Shown here: one piece after another, positions 11,101-22,782 of the stretch
How positions within the stretch are numbered: the first letter of the stretch is position 1
Layout: each line of letters begins with the position of its first letter
DNA from: Marsupella aquatica
Taxonomy: Eukaryota > Plantae > Marchantiophyta
Assembly: GCA_973895155.1 (NCBI GenBank)
Contig: OZ316895.1
Coordinates: 19,916,803 to 19,980,802 of the forward strand
Direction: 5' to 3'
Length of the DNA stretch: 64,000 bases
Program-made: the position numbers and the translations under genes
Notes under the pieces: generated by a model
Database searches by the model: none
What the model was told of the DNA's origin: nothing
The model's input: only the letters and a program-made list of their open reading frames with translations

Positions 11101-12480
11101 AACATATCTATATGGGACACTCGACACAAAAAATTATATACGCGTACCACCAGAATTAGAAAAATGGCGCAATGAGTTAGCTCAAGGAGCTAAATCACAT
11201 ATCCCATATTTACATAAAATAATCTCAGACTCTTTTGAGCAACCTAATGTGTCATCTACACATAATACGTCTGACACCCCTGTGTCAACCGTATGGCCTA
11301 CTTGCGGTGGACTAGCTATCCGTGTGTTGAAGACATTATATGGCTTGAAACAAAGTGGCAGAGTATGGTACCAACGTTTTACTGACGAAATGATAGCTAT
11401 GGGATTCTCCCATGATGATTTGGCACCTTGTTTATTCATTAAACATGTTGATGATGAATTCGTCATCGTCGCCATTTACGTTGATGATCTAAATATTTTT
11501 GGTACTCCAACTATTACCGAGGATACCATAACAACACTCAAAACCATATTTGAGATTAAAGACCTCGGAACCACCAAATTTTGTATTGGTCTACAACTTG
11601 AGCTACTGCCTACTGGCATCCTACTGCATCAAACTACTTATACTGAGAAAATTCTCAAGCAGTTTAACATGCATCTAGCTCATCCCCTTACATCTCCGAT
11701 GGTAGTACGTTCTTTAGAAAACAGTACAAACACCTTTAGAAAATGCGAAGAAGGTGAACTAGTCTTAGGTCCTAAGACCCCATATCTTTCAGCCATAGGT
11801 GCACTAATGTACCTAGCAAACCAGACAAGACCCAATATTTCCTTTGCAGTAAACCTTCTTGCACGCCATAGCGCTAAACCCACTGCAAGACACTGGAATG
11901 GTGTTAAACATGTTTTTGGCTATCTCCGTGGTCACACTGACACCGGACTAATTTTCCCATTCAACGTACCCCATGACTTAGTTGGATATGCGGACGCTGG
12001 TTATCTTCCTGATACAGACACCGCTAAATCCCAGACTGGTTACGTCTTCACAATAGGAGGCACAGCTTTTTCATGGAAAAGTGTCAAACAAACCTTAACT
12101 GCCACATCCTCTAACCACTCGGAGATACTAGCATTACACGAAACCAGTTGCGAAGCCATATATATGGCTTTGCTCACTCATCAGTCACATCCAAACCAAA
12201 TGCAGATTCAAACCACTAACAAAACCTACTAACATATATGAAGACAATGCAGCTTGCATCCAACAGATCCCACAAGGATTCATCAAAGGTGATCGCATCA
12301 AGCACATCGCACCGAAGTTCTTCTACACCCACGAGCTACACGGCAAAGAGATCAACATACTGCAGATATCAAGTGCCAACAACTACGCAGATCTCTTCAC
12401 CAAATCATTGACACCAGCTGTTCATCACCGACATTGCCGTGCAATTGGACTTTGGAGCCTGCAACGACTACAATCTGAGA
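8119..12480 (+). pseudogene. Disrupted gag-tail/pol of the Bianca-like element
   Basis: Gag C-terminal remnant CRIPKYLRDLYQNS is in frame with the protease. ORF pieces at 8665-8973, 8980-10104 and 10913-12232, several stops and frameshifts, and a 665-bp insertion inside ARLVGKGFTQQPG. Confidence 0.9.
10307..10971. mobile_element. Non-autonomous TIR element (MITE-like, 665 bp) inserted in RT
   Basis: TIRs CCTTGGGCCCCCAGC / GCTGAGGGCCCAGGG (13/15 match), TSD GTTTACAC at 10299-10306 and 10972-10979. Removing it restores GKGFTQQPG. Confidence 0.9.
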
Positions 12481-12809
12481 CATGATACACATTTTGATAC
12501 TGCTACTACTGCTACGACTGTCTTCAGATGACGACTTACTGGAATCAACTATTATTATAGTTTATCACTACTTACACACCTTAGACAAGGAGGACTAGAT
12601 GGACTGTACTCTTTTTCCTTTAGAACCATATTTTTTTTTTCTCTACACCATTTATAGAGTTGTTTTTATCATAGAGTTGCTAAAGGTTTTAACGAGGCAG
12701 TCCACCTCACTTGTACACATATCATGTGCATTATATAAACATGATATCCTAGACCTAGATACATAGGGTTAGTTGTCTACATAGCTATCACTATATAGCC
12801 AAGGGGGAG

Positions 12810-12947
12810 TATTATAACCCCATAGTCTAGTTAGGCTTGACCCTGGTTAAGTCACCCTAACCAGGGATGTACCTCATATCCCCATATATATAGTTACCGG
12901 CAGGAATACCAACTGCCGAGTCATTCATTCCTCATTCTCTTCCAACA
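12810..12947 (+). repeat. 3' LTR of Bianca-like element
   Basis: Preceded by PPT AAGGGGGAG and followed by TSD GAGTG. Confidence 0.95.
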
Positions 12948-13758
12948 GAGTGTTCATTTTGGAACATGCTTCAATTTTTTTTGTCTTGTATTGATGTAGT
13001 CAAGATCATACTCCTGTCTATATTGTAGTGCTCATGAATTAGTGATAGTTTGATAATGGACCTTTTGGACTAGAAACCTACTAAGCAAAGTAATACTACA
13101 TTGGAGCCATGGCAGAATGGAATTTTGTGTAGGGGTTATCTTAAAGTTCTTATACTCTGAGATGATCAAATAGACATTAGATGAGGGCATGATGGATTAA
13201 TGTCCGGGCAGGGTTTCTACGCCCTTGTTTCAAAAACATAAACGTACTCATTAGATGGCCAGGGTTGAGCCAGCAACCCAAGAAGCATAGTGTTGGACTT
13301 TATAAATTGCTTAATGATGGATGGCGAGCAAAGGTGGGGGCCGGGCATGAGAGAAGTGACATAATGGCAAGGGTTGACACATTTTTTCTTTCCTTTTTCT
13401 CCCATTCCCCTTCCCACAGACGGGCATTGGGCCGGGAGACAGTAGGTCATGCAGTGCGCAAGCCCTACCAGTAATCACACATCAAAATGTGATAATATAT
13501 GCTGTATCACTCATTGATTTAAAGAAAATAACAAAGTTTATCGTGGTATGGAGGGATGTTGTACACTGTATCTTATTATAAAAACACAAACTAAATATAC
13601 TATTAAGGGCCTAGGCCTAGATTGAAGACTCTAGATCATAACCCAAAAGTGATCATGAGTCTCAATATATATATATATATATTTTTAAAAGGATATTGGT
13701 TCCAAATAAAGACAAAACTGAAATGAAGGTGAACAAAAACAAGGATATGGCAAAGATT

Positions 13759-14239
13759 TAAAAAAATAAATTATTTTCACTTTATTCCCTGTGAAACCCA
13801 CTGATGGGAGAACACACAGGCCACAAAGGGCAAAACAGCATCCGGAGGATGAAAAAAGGCTCAAAGAGACCACAAAGGAAATGCAAGGAGGGACAGGGCG
13901 CCAAAAATCTGTCCCAGCACCACAACCCTATCAAGCTGTATGCAAAGTAGCACAGGAAATCCATTCCCTACCCCTCAAACTAAGCAAACCTGAACAAAGA
14001 AAAGACAAGCAGAGTAACAAGTCCCAGGTGAGATGAGAACATTAGAGTCCGTCCACATGGTCTGAGAACCCGGTGGCATAGAGCAAAGAATCGTCGTAGG
14101 TAAGCGGTGCTCAGTAGCATCAAGCACAAATGTGGAGCCTCTAACTCAACCAGCCAAAGGAAGCAACCTAAACAGAACCAACAAGCTCAGGAGAGCAAGA
14201 GAGGCCAGGGACCAAGCCGAAGCAGAAGAGCACGTTCAG
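13759..14239 (-). mobile_element. Probable 5'-truncated non-LTR retroposon fragment
   Basis: Flanked by CAAGGATATGG(C/G)AAA(G/C)ATT at 13740-13758 and 14240-14258. Minus strand has AATAAA and an AT-rich end. Confidence 0.45.
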
Positions 14240-14804
14240 CAAGGATATGGGAAACATTAACTGAAATAACATAGAAATATTATTATTCAAGATTGTTTTT
14301 CTTCAAATCTATTTATATTCAACGAACGTGCTAATATGTCATATTTTGATGTGCAATTAAAGGCGGGCAAGGGGAGGCACGTGGGCAGGCTTGCGGAGGG
14401 CTCTAGGGGGCAATCCAATGACAATCGGTCCATCATAACCACTACCAGTATTGTTTCAACTCACAACTCAATTGGTAAAAAGACACAAATGAATCTTGGG
14501 GCGATCGCATATTATATCCGCCAGACTAGACTAGAAGAAAGATAGATAGATTTGTGGCATTAGGTTAGGCACAGAGTACTTCAGCTACTGTGTGCACAAA
14601 ACTCGTTGGAAGACTTTTTCCGCCTCCTTCCATGATTATGTTAGGGATTGGATTGAATTTGATTTGTGCAGCCCCTGACGTCGGCAGCAGTTTTAGAGTA
14701 GCATCAGCGGCCGTAGGTGTAGGTGTAGCGAATGCAAATCTCGGTACTCGCTCCACCACTGCCGGAAACTCAGAACAATTCGACAAATGTTGTCAATTCT
14801 CAAC

Positions 14805-14820
14805 TAGGGTTTAGGGTTTA
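14805..14820 (+). promoter_or_regulatory. Tandem telo-box (TAGGGTTTAGGGTTTA) upstream of WDR55
   Basis: Reverse complement of AAACCCTA, 35-50 bp upstream of the ATG. Telo-boxes are typical of plant ribosome-biogenesis and translation genes. Confidence 0.6.
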
Positions 14821-14855
14821 TCGTCGAGGGCGATCATCCTTTTCTGTAGGGAAAA

Positions 14856-17800
14856 ATGGGCGAAGAGGGTGCTTCGGAGTTGCATCTAGGAGCACAACCG
14901 TTTGATCTCGCGTTTCACCCGTCTTCTCAACTTGTGGCTGTTGGCCTCATAACGGGGAAACTCTTAGTGTAAGTTTATTTTCTCGTGCTCGATTTGATTC
15001 GTTTCTAAAACCGAATCGAATCGTTTAGAGGCACGTTGTCTTACGGAACGCGAGGGGCACGAGTCTCTTCCATCACTTGTTCGGATTTGGCTTTTTATGG
15101 TTTTCTGACTAACCTGTCGTCTGTGCAGATACAATTATGGCGCTGAAGCCGAACCACAAAAGTAAGTCAGCTCATTGGAACGCTCCATTGTGATTTGATG
15201 ATATAATTTGTATGAGGTGGGTTCCGTAAATCGCTTTACAGATAGTTTGTTTCTATTGAATCTTCCAGTAAACTGAGTCTGCTGGATTTCTTCCATGTGC
15301 TGTGTTGCAGGCTGTGGGATGTAAGTGCTCATACTGAGTCATGTAGAGGGGTTCGTTTCATTGAAGGCGGAAGATGTAGGTACTTCTGGACATAGTAATT
15401 TTTAAATTATTTCAAAATTAGGGAACTGTGGGATCTTCTTTCTCTCCCTTTCAGTGTGTATCTCTTCTTGTTATGTCCGTCCTAAGACTTGTAGTTGTGC
15501 ATGGGTTCTCTGAGTCGGGAAGTGCCACTACTTGTTGTGACTTGATTGTATCTTCTTCTTTTTGTGTTCCAGATGTGCTTACCGGCTCAGCTGATCACTC
15601 AATCTTGGCAACTGATTCTGAAACTGGGCAACCAGTTGCTCGTCTTCAAGATGCCCACGCGTATGTCCATTTGCTTCATGAGATGCCTTGTGATGTTCGT
15701 ATGTAAATTTGATCTAGTGTAGCAATGAATGCGTGATAAAAGAGGGCATGTATATCGTAGTCTGTTTTCTTGCCCGTCATCCTGGCTACTTCAAATTTCT
15801 GATGTCTACAAGAAGTTCGCGGTGGTGCAACGATACATCAACTCAGTGTTTGAAACGGAGAATTTGTTGTAGGCCAACATTATGAAAGTAACACAAGGTT
15901 CATTAGTATCTATTTGAGAGGAAGTGTCAGGAGCTGCTGCATCACGGGTGTACCTGTGCAAACTGTTTATTTTCTAGAGTAAAGCAATTGTGAAGCTGAA
16001 TGAGGATGAGCCTTTTCTATTTGGACGAATCTTCTGAGGTTTGGCAAGCACAGCTGACAAGAGTGATGGAAGACGTGGGCACTGTAAAGAAGAAGGCTTC
16101 ATGATTATAGTGGAGAAGAGCAATGACTGTTTGTCTTTCTCAACAATATAACCTCGCATAATTGCAGGTCGCCAATTAATCGAGTGGTTAATGCGACAGA
16201 CAATACTGTAGCAACTGGAGATGACGATGGCACAATCAAGGTCTTGACTTCACTACCGTTGTGTTAGTATAACACTTTCAGATATCCACCGAGCTCGCTG
16301 GGCTGTATTTCTTGGGATTTAGTTGGGGGGGATATTTAAATAGTGCCTCTGTTGTAGCTGAAGTTAGTGTAGAACGGAACTTTCCTCTTCCATGGACGAT
16401 GGCACAAATATCCTCAGCGTTACTATCGGGGGTTTGAAGTAGGCATTCAAAATTTGGGGGCAGATTTTTGCCATTTTCTGAAAACTAATCGAGTTGTTGT
16501 GTCTAATTGCAGATATGGGACACTCGGCAAAATACTTGCTGTGGCACTTTCCACACTCATGAAGACTTTGTAGCCGACATGGAATATGTACCCCAGACCC
16601 ATCAATTGCTTGCAGCCAGGTAAGTATTTGCACATGTTCCAGTAGTAGTCTGCAGTATTGGATTCTACTTGATTACGAATTTACACCTGAGAAAATTCAT
16701 ATCCATCAATGCTTTAGGTAGATTTCTGAACATTGAAAGATAGAAGGATTGATCTCTGCAAGCTAAAGGCTCATATAGTCGTTTTACGAGGGATGAAGTA
16801 TTTATCATATTTCATTGTAATTCATTCTGTTGCAGCGGTGATGGAACACTGTCTGTCTGTAATCTCAGGCGAAACAAGGTTATGTTCTTTACCTGCTGAA
16901 TTAGACGGCTTGTTTGTGAATTTTAAGGTGACAGTTTTGAACTTTGGCAGGCAAAGATTTGTTGGGAACTCTGCAGATACAATTGCCACATATGTTGAGC
17001 ATCAGGGAACTACATCCATTGTTTTGTTTGAGCTCAATCGCTGCTTTGTTCTGAGACGTTTGAAATGCAGGTTGATGCTCAATCGCAATTTGCAGAGGAT
17101 GAACTGTTGTCTGTAGTACTTGTGAAGGTAATGCATTTAATATCTCAGATCCTATCCAACGAGCCAGTACCTGATTGACGTACCATACGCGGAGAGAGTG
17201 TTTGCCTTATGTTTACGGTTTAGGGTTAATTACACCACCAGAATACAATTGTGACAGGCATGCACCTGTATCCTCGTATTTGTTGTTAAAACCAATCTAC
17301 TGTTTTAGAACAAAATAAGCGTTGATCATAGTGCATCATAGGTTGTACTGACATGTATTATACTGTTCTGTTCTAAACATGCAGAATGGGAGGAAAATTA
17401 TTTGTGGTTCTCAGGAGGGAGTACTACTTCTCTATTCATGGGGCCACTTTGCAGATTGTAGGTCCGAAATCTAGGACCCTGACTTCTACCTCTCAAAGCA
17501 TGTAATTGAACCGAAAGATTTCTGTGTTGAATGGTTCTTTTTGCTTAGTAGGTATGAAAGTTTTAAGATATTTGAATTTGACAAGTCATTTGCATCAAAT
17601 GCAATTACCCTAACTAGAAATCATAATTTGTGGCAGTGATCGTTTTGTTGGTCATCCGAACTCCGTTGATGCCTTACTGAAGGTGGGTAGCCTTCGTATC
17701 TTTTAACCCTCGACGTTAGCTTCTCTGCAAAATATTGCAGAAATTGTATCTAATATGCGTTCTTCTCTTCAGTATTACTGTCCCACAAGTTGAAAAACAT

Positions 17801-19736
17801 TGTGGACCATGTTGGTCTAGGCGATCAACTGGAGGGTAGTGCTAGGGAATGATTGTGAGACACCTGATTGTTGGATTCTTTGAACCCGAGAAACTTGAAT
17901 CGATAGGAATTATTAATTTTTCTTGGGAGCCACACAACTGACTTGATCGAGCCTCTACAGCTGGATGAAGATACAATTATCACAGGATCAAGCGATGGAA
18001 TCATTCGGTGAGAATCCGCCAGTGCACGATATTATAAATTTGTTGCAATCTTGCTTTAGAGTGGTCAGTACTCCCAGTTTGTGTCCCAAGCAAATATTAT
18101 ATTCAAGAAATAGTGTAAGTAGTTGCACAATGGGTGGCTGCGTGTATTTTAACACTTTCATAGCGATGTGACTTGGAGGTATAACCAGTCTTCAATTTCC
18201 GATCATGTAAAGGAGCATGTAGAATTAAGGGGAGAATTGTACAGTAATTAGTTGCAGATGGGGAAGTTCCAATAGATTCCCACTGTGTACTGCACGTGAA
18301 CGTTTGACGAATCCTCCGATGAATTGATTTAAATCCTTGATTCATTTGCAGGGTTGTATCTATACTTCCGAATAAGATGATCGGGGTCGTAGGCGAGCAT
18401 GCAGATTATCCAATTGAGCGATTAGGTCTGTTAAATCAGCTGTTGAGAGCCTCAACTATCAGCGAGAAATCCTTCCTTTGAACTCTCGGACTCATTTTGT
18501 CGAGACTAAATCTCATGCGCATGTACTTTTAGTTGAAAACTTAGCTCTTGATTAATTGAAAAAAAGGACTCCATCTGATTCATTCACGGGCAATTTTTCT
18601 ACGATGTCCAGCTTTTTCGAGTGACAAGACCATGCTGGGGAGTGCCTCACACGATCACACTGTCAAGGTTTGCAGTTTCTCGCCATGAATTGACATTTGG
18701 GAAGACGTGATATAGAATTCAAGTGTGTAGTTGTTACTTTTCATTTGGAGCACTGGAATGCAAGCAGATAGAAATTGGGACCTGTCTTTGGAATTTCGCG
18801 TTGGATGTTCTGTTCATGTGTTTTATTTAACTTCTGGGCAGCATTTGTATACCTGAACTTCATATTCACCTTCGTGTCACTATTTGTCCTCTTGGAATTC
18901 AATCTGCAGTTATCCTTCAGCTTCAACTGCTGGCAATGGCTTCAGTGTGGAGAGCTGCTTTTAAAGAATTTTCATACAGCAATGTTGCTTTGTGGAGTGT
19001 ACAGTAAATTTGAATATCTCACTTCTAACTAGATCCATCTGTTGATTTTCCTGTTACAGCTTTGGGATGTCAAATACTTGTTAGAAGAGGATGACGATAC
19101 AGTGGACGAAGCGAAGCATGAAGAGGTTGCAGGGAGCTCAAGCAGTAACGGAGACACCGCACCGGAAAACAGTAATGCAACTCCAGTTTCTATGATGGTC
19201 GATAGTGATGAAGATACGGACACAGAAAAGTCAGGTAAGATTCACCAAGACACTTTGATTGATTCGACATATTGTGCTCAGGGTTTTCGTTATCAGGAAT
19301 GAGGTTATAATATTTGCCTACAGTGACCTCATCGGAGCGAGGTTATATATTCGCCTTCAGTATAAATTTGATTAAGTAGTGATGCGAGAGTCTTGACCTG
19401 TTTGTCAGACACTTGAAGAATCGTTTTCTGTCAAAGTTGTGAGGTCCCATCTTCAGTAGCTTTCATGCGTTCGAGTTAGTGTCGTGCCCAGTTCTGAAAC
19501 CCAGCCTTTGTATTTAATTGGATAATTCAGTTTTTTGAGTGGCAAAGTAGTATACCTGCGGAAGCTGACACAGTTAGCAATATGAATAATGTACGCAATG
19601 CACAGTCGGTTTGACTGTATCAATGCCCTGATTTTGGTGGTTTGTGTGGTGGGCAGGATCAAAGAAGAAGAAGAAGGGGAAGCAACCCGTAGGCAAAGGG
19701 AAAAAAAATTCCAACTTCTTCGAGGACCTGCTGTGA
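14856..19736 (+). CDS. WDR55: WD repeat-containing protein 55 (377 aa, 15 exons)
   Basis: GT-AG exons with consistent phase: 14856-14968, 15129-15161, 15311-15375, 15573-15660, 16168-16240, 16513-16619, 16836-16878, 17071-17127, 17385-17461, 17637-17682, 17961-18007, 18352-18425, 18612-18667, 19060-19234, 19657-19736. Protein MGEEGASELHLGAQPFDLAFHPS...HTESCRGVRF...TGDDDGTIKIWDTR...EDELLSV...DRFVGHP...acidic stretch...KKKKKG...NFFEDLL. Confidence 0.93.
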
Positions 19737-20831
19737 GGGACACCTTTCTTTATAGTGGTAATCTTGAAAATAAAGCTAAGTTCTATCGGAAATGGAGTAT
19801 TGATCGCATGTCATGGAGACAAGTCTCACTGTCGAGCATGGTCTGCTTGACTGTCTCGTGTTGAACGCTTCCCTCCTACAGTAGGCTTTGTAAATCGTGC
19901 CTGAAAATTCTTAATAAGTTCAAGAGTCCACCCAGGTGGATTTGGAGAAACAATTGTGAGGAAGCAGCTCGGCTCTGCGTGACATCCCACCGGCAGATCT
20001 TTCTCTGCAGAAAGAGGCTACGGTAGCTAATGTTAAGAGAGAGGGTTGTATGAAAAACCATTCAATTGGTCAGGGAGAATCCGAAGATTCTAAGGTTTTA
20101 TTGCAGCACCTCGTTTCTCAAATTAGTTTCTCACTTCGAAAGGAATGACTGACAAAGATGAATGATAAAATATGACAAGAAGAAAGTGTAAATTACTGAA
20201 ATCGTTCTAGCCTCGCCGTAGTTTAGGAAGTACAAGTAGAAGCTGATACAATAGGGGATAAATGATGAGAAACAGCCCTCGAACCTTACCTTCAGGATGG
20301 CACCTCATAACGACGCTCCTGGTTCATAAAACAATACCTGGAACTGAATCCTGAAATGAAATTATTGAACTGCCCATGAGCTTCAGGAAACTTTCATGGA
20401 CCACTTATGCTGCCTTCTAATGATTGGCAGTCTCCCTGTGTATGCGGTGTTCACTCATCAACATACCCTTCTACCTGTGATGAGGCCTTCTACGAGATTC
20501 ATAGTTCTAATCTGCATCATTCTTGCAAGAATTGTCGGTGGCTCTTCGGCTTGCACATGTACTCACTATTCAGCATTGAGTAGAGGCTGTTGGTGTATAT
20601 AAATCCAAGTAAATATTTTCCTTTCACACAACTCACCGTGGATGTCTGTCCTGTTTGTTATATCATTCGAAATCTCTCTGGGCATTTACGTTTGACTTGT
20701 GTGAGCCGTACGCATTAGTAGAAGCTCTAAGAAAGACATTACCCTTGGACAACAATTACAAGCGATTACCCACTCAACATTAGTTCTGTATAGTACCCCT
20801 TAATGGATTTATTCGTGTTGCTGCAAAACAC

Positions 20832-20966
20832 TTGGGGCTATTTACGTTTCCACCGTTGCACGAAGAATTGGAAGTTACAAAACTTAGCTCAAATAAGCTT
20901 TGGGCTATTCACTTTTCCACTGTGGCACAATAATTGGAAGTTAGAAAACTGAGCTCAAATAAGTTT
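20832..20966. repeat. Degenerate tandem repeat, ~67 bp x2
   Basis: GGGCTATT.AC.TTTCCAC...AATTGGAAGTTA.AAAACT.AGCTCAAATAAG occurs twice. Confidence 0.8.
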
Positions 20967-21321
20967 GATGTCGGCCATCCACCCCCATATAGAGTAGTTT
21001 TCAAGAAACCTTTTCTATCTATATAAGATCTGCAAATGACATTTTTTTTCATCATGCATCCATTTAAACTTGAGCTTATTGGATCTTGAACGGTGCAATC
21101 AACCCTAACATAAAGAATAGGACCGTGTATGCAAAAATGTATTCCTTTCAAGAAACTCCACCACATCTGCCTTGTTTCTACGGGAAAACATTAACTGGCT
21201 TTTGTCCTTGCCCAAAATCTTGGGGTTCTCACTATATGGAGCCACCCCCATTGGGTGCCACATTCTAAAGGCTCTACCTTACCTAAACTTTAACTTTATG
21301 CCTTGCTTAAAAACAGGTTTT

Positions 21322-21633
21322 CCAGGTATGTCCTCGGGGGGTTGACTATCAAAAATCTTATGAATCATGTGCGATCCAAAATAGATATTTTTGATAGAAA
21401 TTAACCAAGTTTTTAAAAAGCGTAGTAGGACAAAAGAATGTATTATAAACTCATGTTTATAGAATATTCTCTAATATATATACCTTTTATAAAGTAAAAT
21501 AGGTTATTAATATAAAAAATGGAGAATATTCTTGAGATATTTTCTTTATAAAATAGGTCTATTTATATTAGGTTAGGATCGCACGTGGTACCCCAAAATA
21601 TACACTTAATTAACCCCCCGAGGGTATGCCCTG
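21322..21633. mobile_element. Foldback MITE-like element (~310 bp)
   Basis: Inverted termini GGTATGTCCTCGGGGGGTTGA / TTAACCCCCCGAGGGTATGCC, internal inverted CATGTGCGATCC / GGATCGCACGTG, AT-rich core. No TSD found. Confidence 0.7.
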
Positions 21634-21732
21634 CTTCTAGACCTAGTTGCCACCTTGGCAAATAAAAAGAAATGGCTGGTGAGAGCCAAGGGGTGATAGT
21701 AAAATGAGTTTTCCATGAATGAGCCGTGAGTC

Positions 21733-22165
21733 AATTTGAAGCCCCATGGACCACATTTCCCCAAATTTGAGTTCATTTGTAATGTAAGTTCATATTTTAA
21801 TGTGTTTTAGGGATATGCAAGAGGCGTAGGTAAGCTACACTTCCATCAAAGTGACAGTGAATATTTAGCCACCTTGATTGAGTTTTTCATCATGAAGTGA
21901 GGAGTATTAAATTCCACTAGATTGATTTTCACTGTGTTAATATAGTACATCTGGGCTTTTTTGAGTCTCCTCCTTTTCTACAGTAGTTGCATTACAGGTG
22001 CAAGACTAAAATATACTTAGAACTGATATTCATCAAGTTATGGGCTCAAAACTCCCATGACCACCAAAATATGGTACACGGGAGCAATGTGTCGAACATA
22101 GTGGTACATCCTGGCTTCACTTTTGCCATGATCCCATTTAGTAACAGCAATGTGAAAAGGCTAAT
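21733..22165. repeat. Dispersed repeat, copy 2 (see 3848-4340)
   Basis: Colinear similarity to 3848-4340. Confidence 0.75.
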
Positions 22166-22188
22166 CACCTCCACTCACTAATAATATG

Positions 22189-22498
22189 TTTTTTTTTTTT
22201 CCCTTGAATACCAAAAGCTGACCCATCCAACAGAAGATAGACTATCAACTGTGGAGCATGCACTTATGAAGGGTAGCCCACAAAGGGGGTCATACCCAGT
22301 ACCAGGAGGGAGAGAGGGTTGGACCAGAGCCACAAAGGAGACTAACCAGAGGCTGAGGAAAAACCAAGACTCACACCAATACACTTCACCCACACCCACC
22401 CTCCACACCTTGCATGTGGAGGGGTGATTGAACTGGGACCTCTCACTTCTAGGCTCATCCCCTGACCAACTAACCAAGTTCAAGTTGGTTCTACTAAT
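22189..22498 (-). mobile_element. Poly(A)-tailed retroposon fragment with ~12-bp TSD
   Basis: T12 at 22189-22200. ACTAATAATA(T/C)G at 22177-22188 and 22499-22510. Confidence 0.7.
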
Positions 22499-22499
22499 A

Positions 22500-22592
22500 C
22501 TAATAATACGTTTTAGTCGCAAACCCAAGAACGTCTAATAATACGTTTTAGTCGCAAACCCAAGAACGTCTAATAATACGTTTTAGTCGCAA
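22500..22592. repeat. Perfect 35-bp tandem repeat x2.7 upstream of RPB10
   Basis: CTAATAATACGTTTTAGTCGCAAACCCAAGAACGT at 22500 and 22535, partial copy at 22570. Confidence 0.95.
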
Positions 22593-22782
22593 GTCCAAGG
22601 GCGTTCTTGGAGAAGTGTACAGTAGTAGAGTGTAGACGCGCTTGTCGTTGAAAGGTCTTGTGCCGAAGAGGTTCTCGAGCTTGATCCGAGTTTTGTGTTT
22701 CATCCGGGGCGAACGGAGCGAGCTCGAGAAATTGAGACAGGAGCATTTTTTCTGAATTTCTGCAGGGAGCCGGCAAGGCAAG

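Larger units (their letters stand above)
6830..12947 (+). mobile_element. Ty1/copia LTR retrotransposon, Bianca-like lineage, defective
   Basis: 138-bp LTRs at 6830-6967 and 12810-12947 (1 mismatch), TSD GAGTG (6825-6829, 12948-12952), PBS CGTTATCAGCAC, PPT AAGGGGGAG. Domain order PR (IIDSGTTHSIL), GAG-pre-integrase (LWHERLGHPG), INT, RT (YVDDL, LYGLKQSGR), RNaseH (YADAGY). Confidence 0.96.

Noticed and set aside
14183-14195. AAGCTCAGGAG matching the start of miR390
   Set aside because: The match stops after 11 nt and there is no precursor hairpin.
20255-20352. Possible C/D box snoRNA (ATGATGA...CTGA with a 4-bp GGAT/ATCC stem)
   Set aside because: No recognisable rRNA-complementary guide or C'/D' boxes. 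Such motifs arise by chance, and snoscan would be needed.
22500-22592. 35-bp repeats as a CRISPR array
   Set aside because: The units are head-to-tail with no spacers, there are no cas genes, and the context is eukaryotic.
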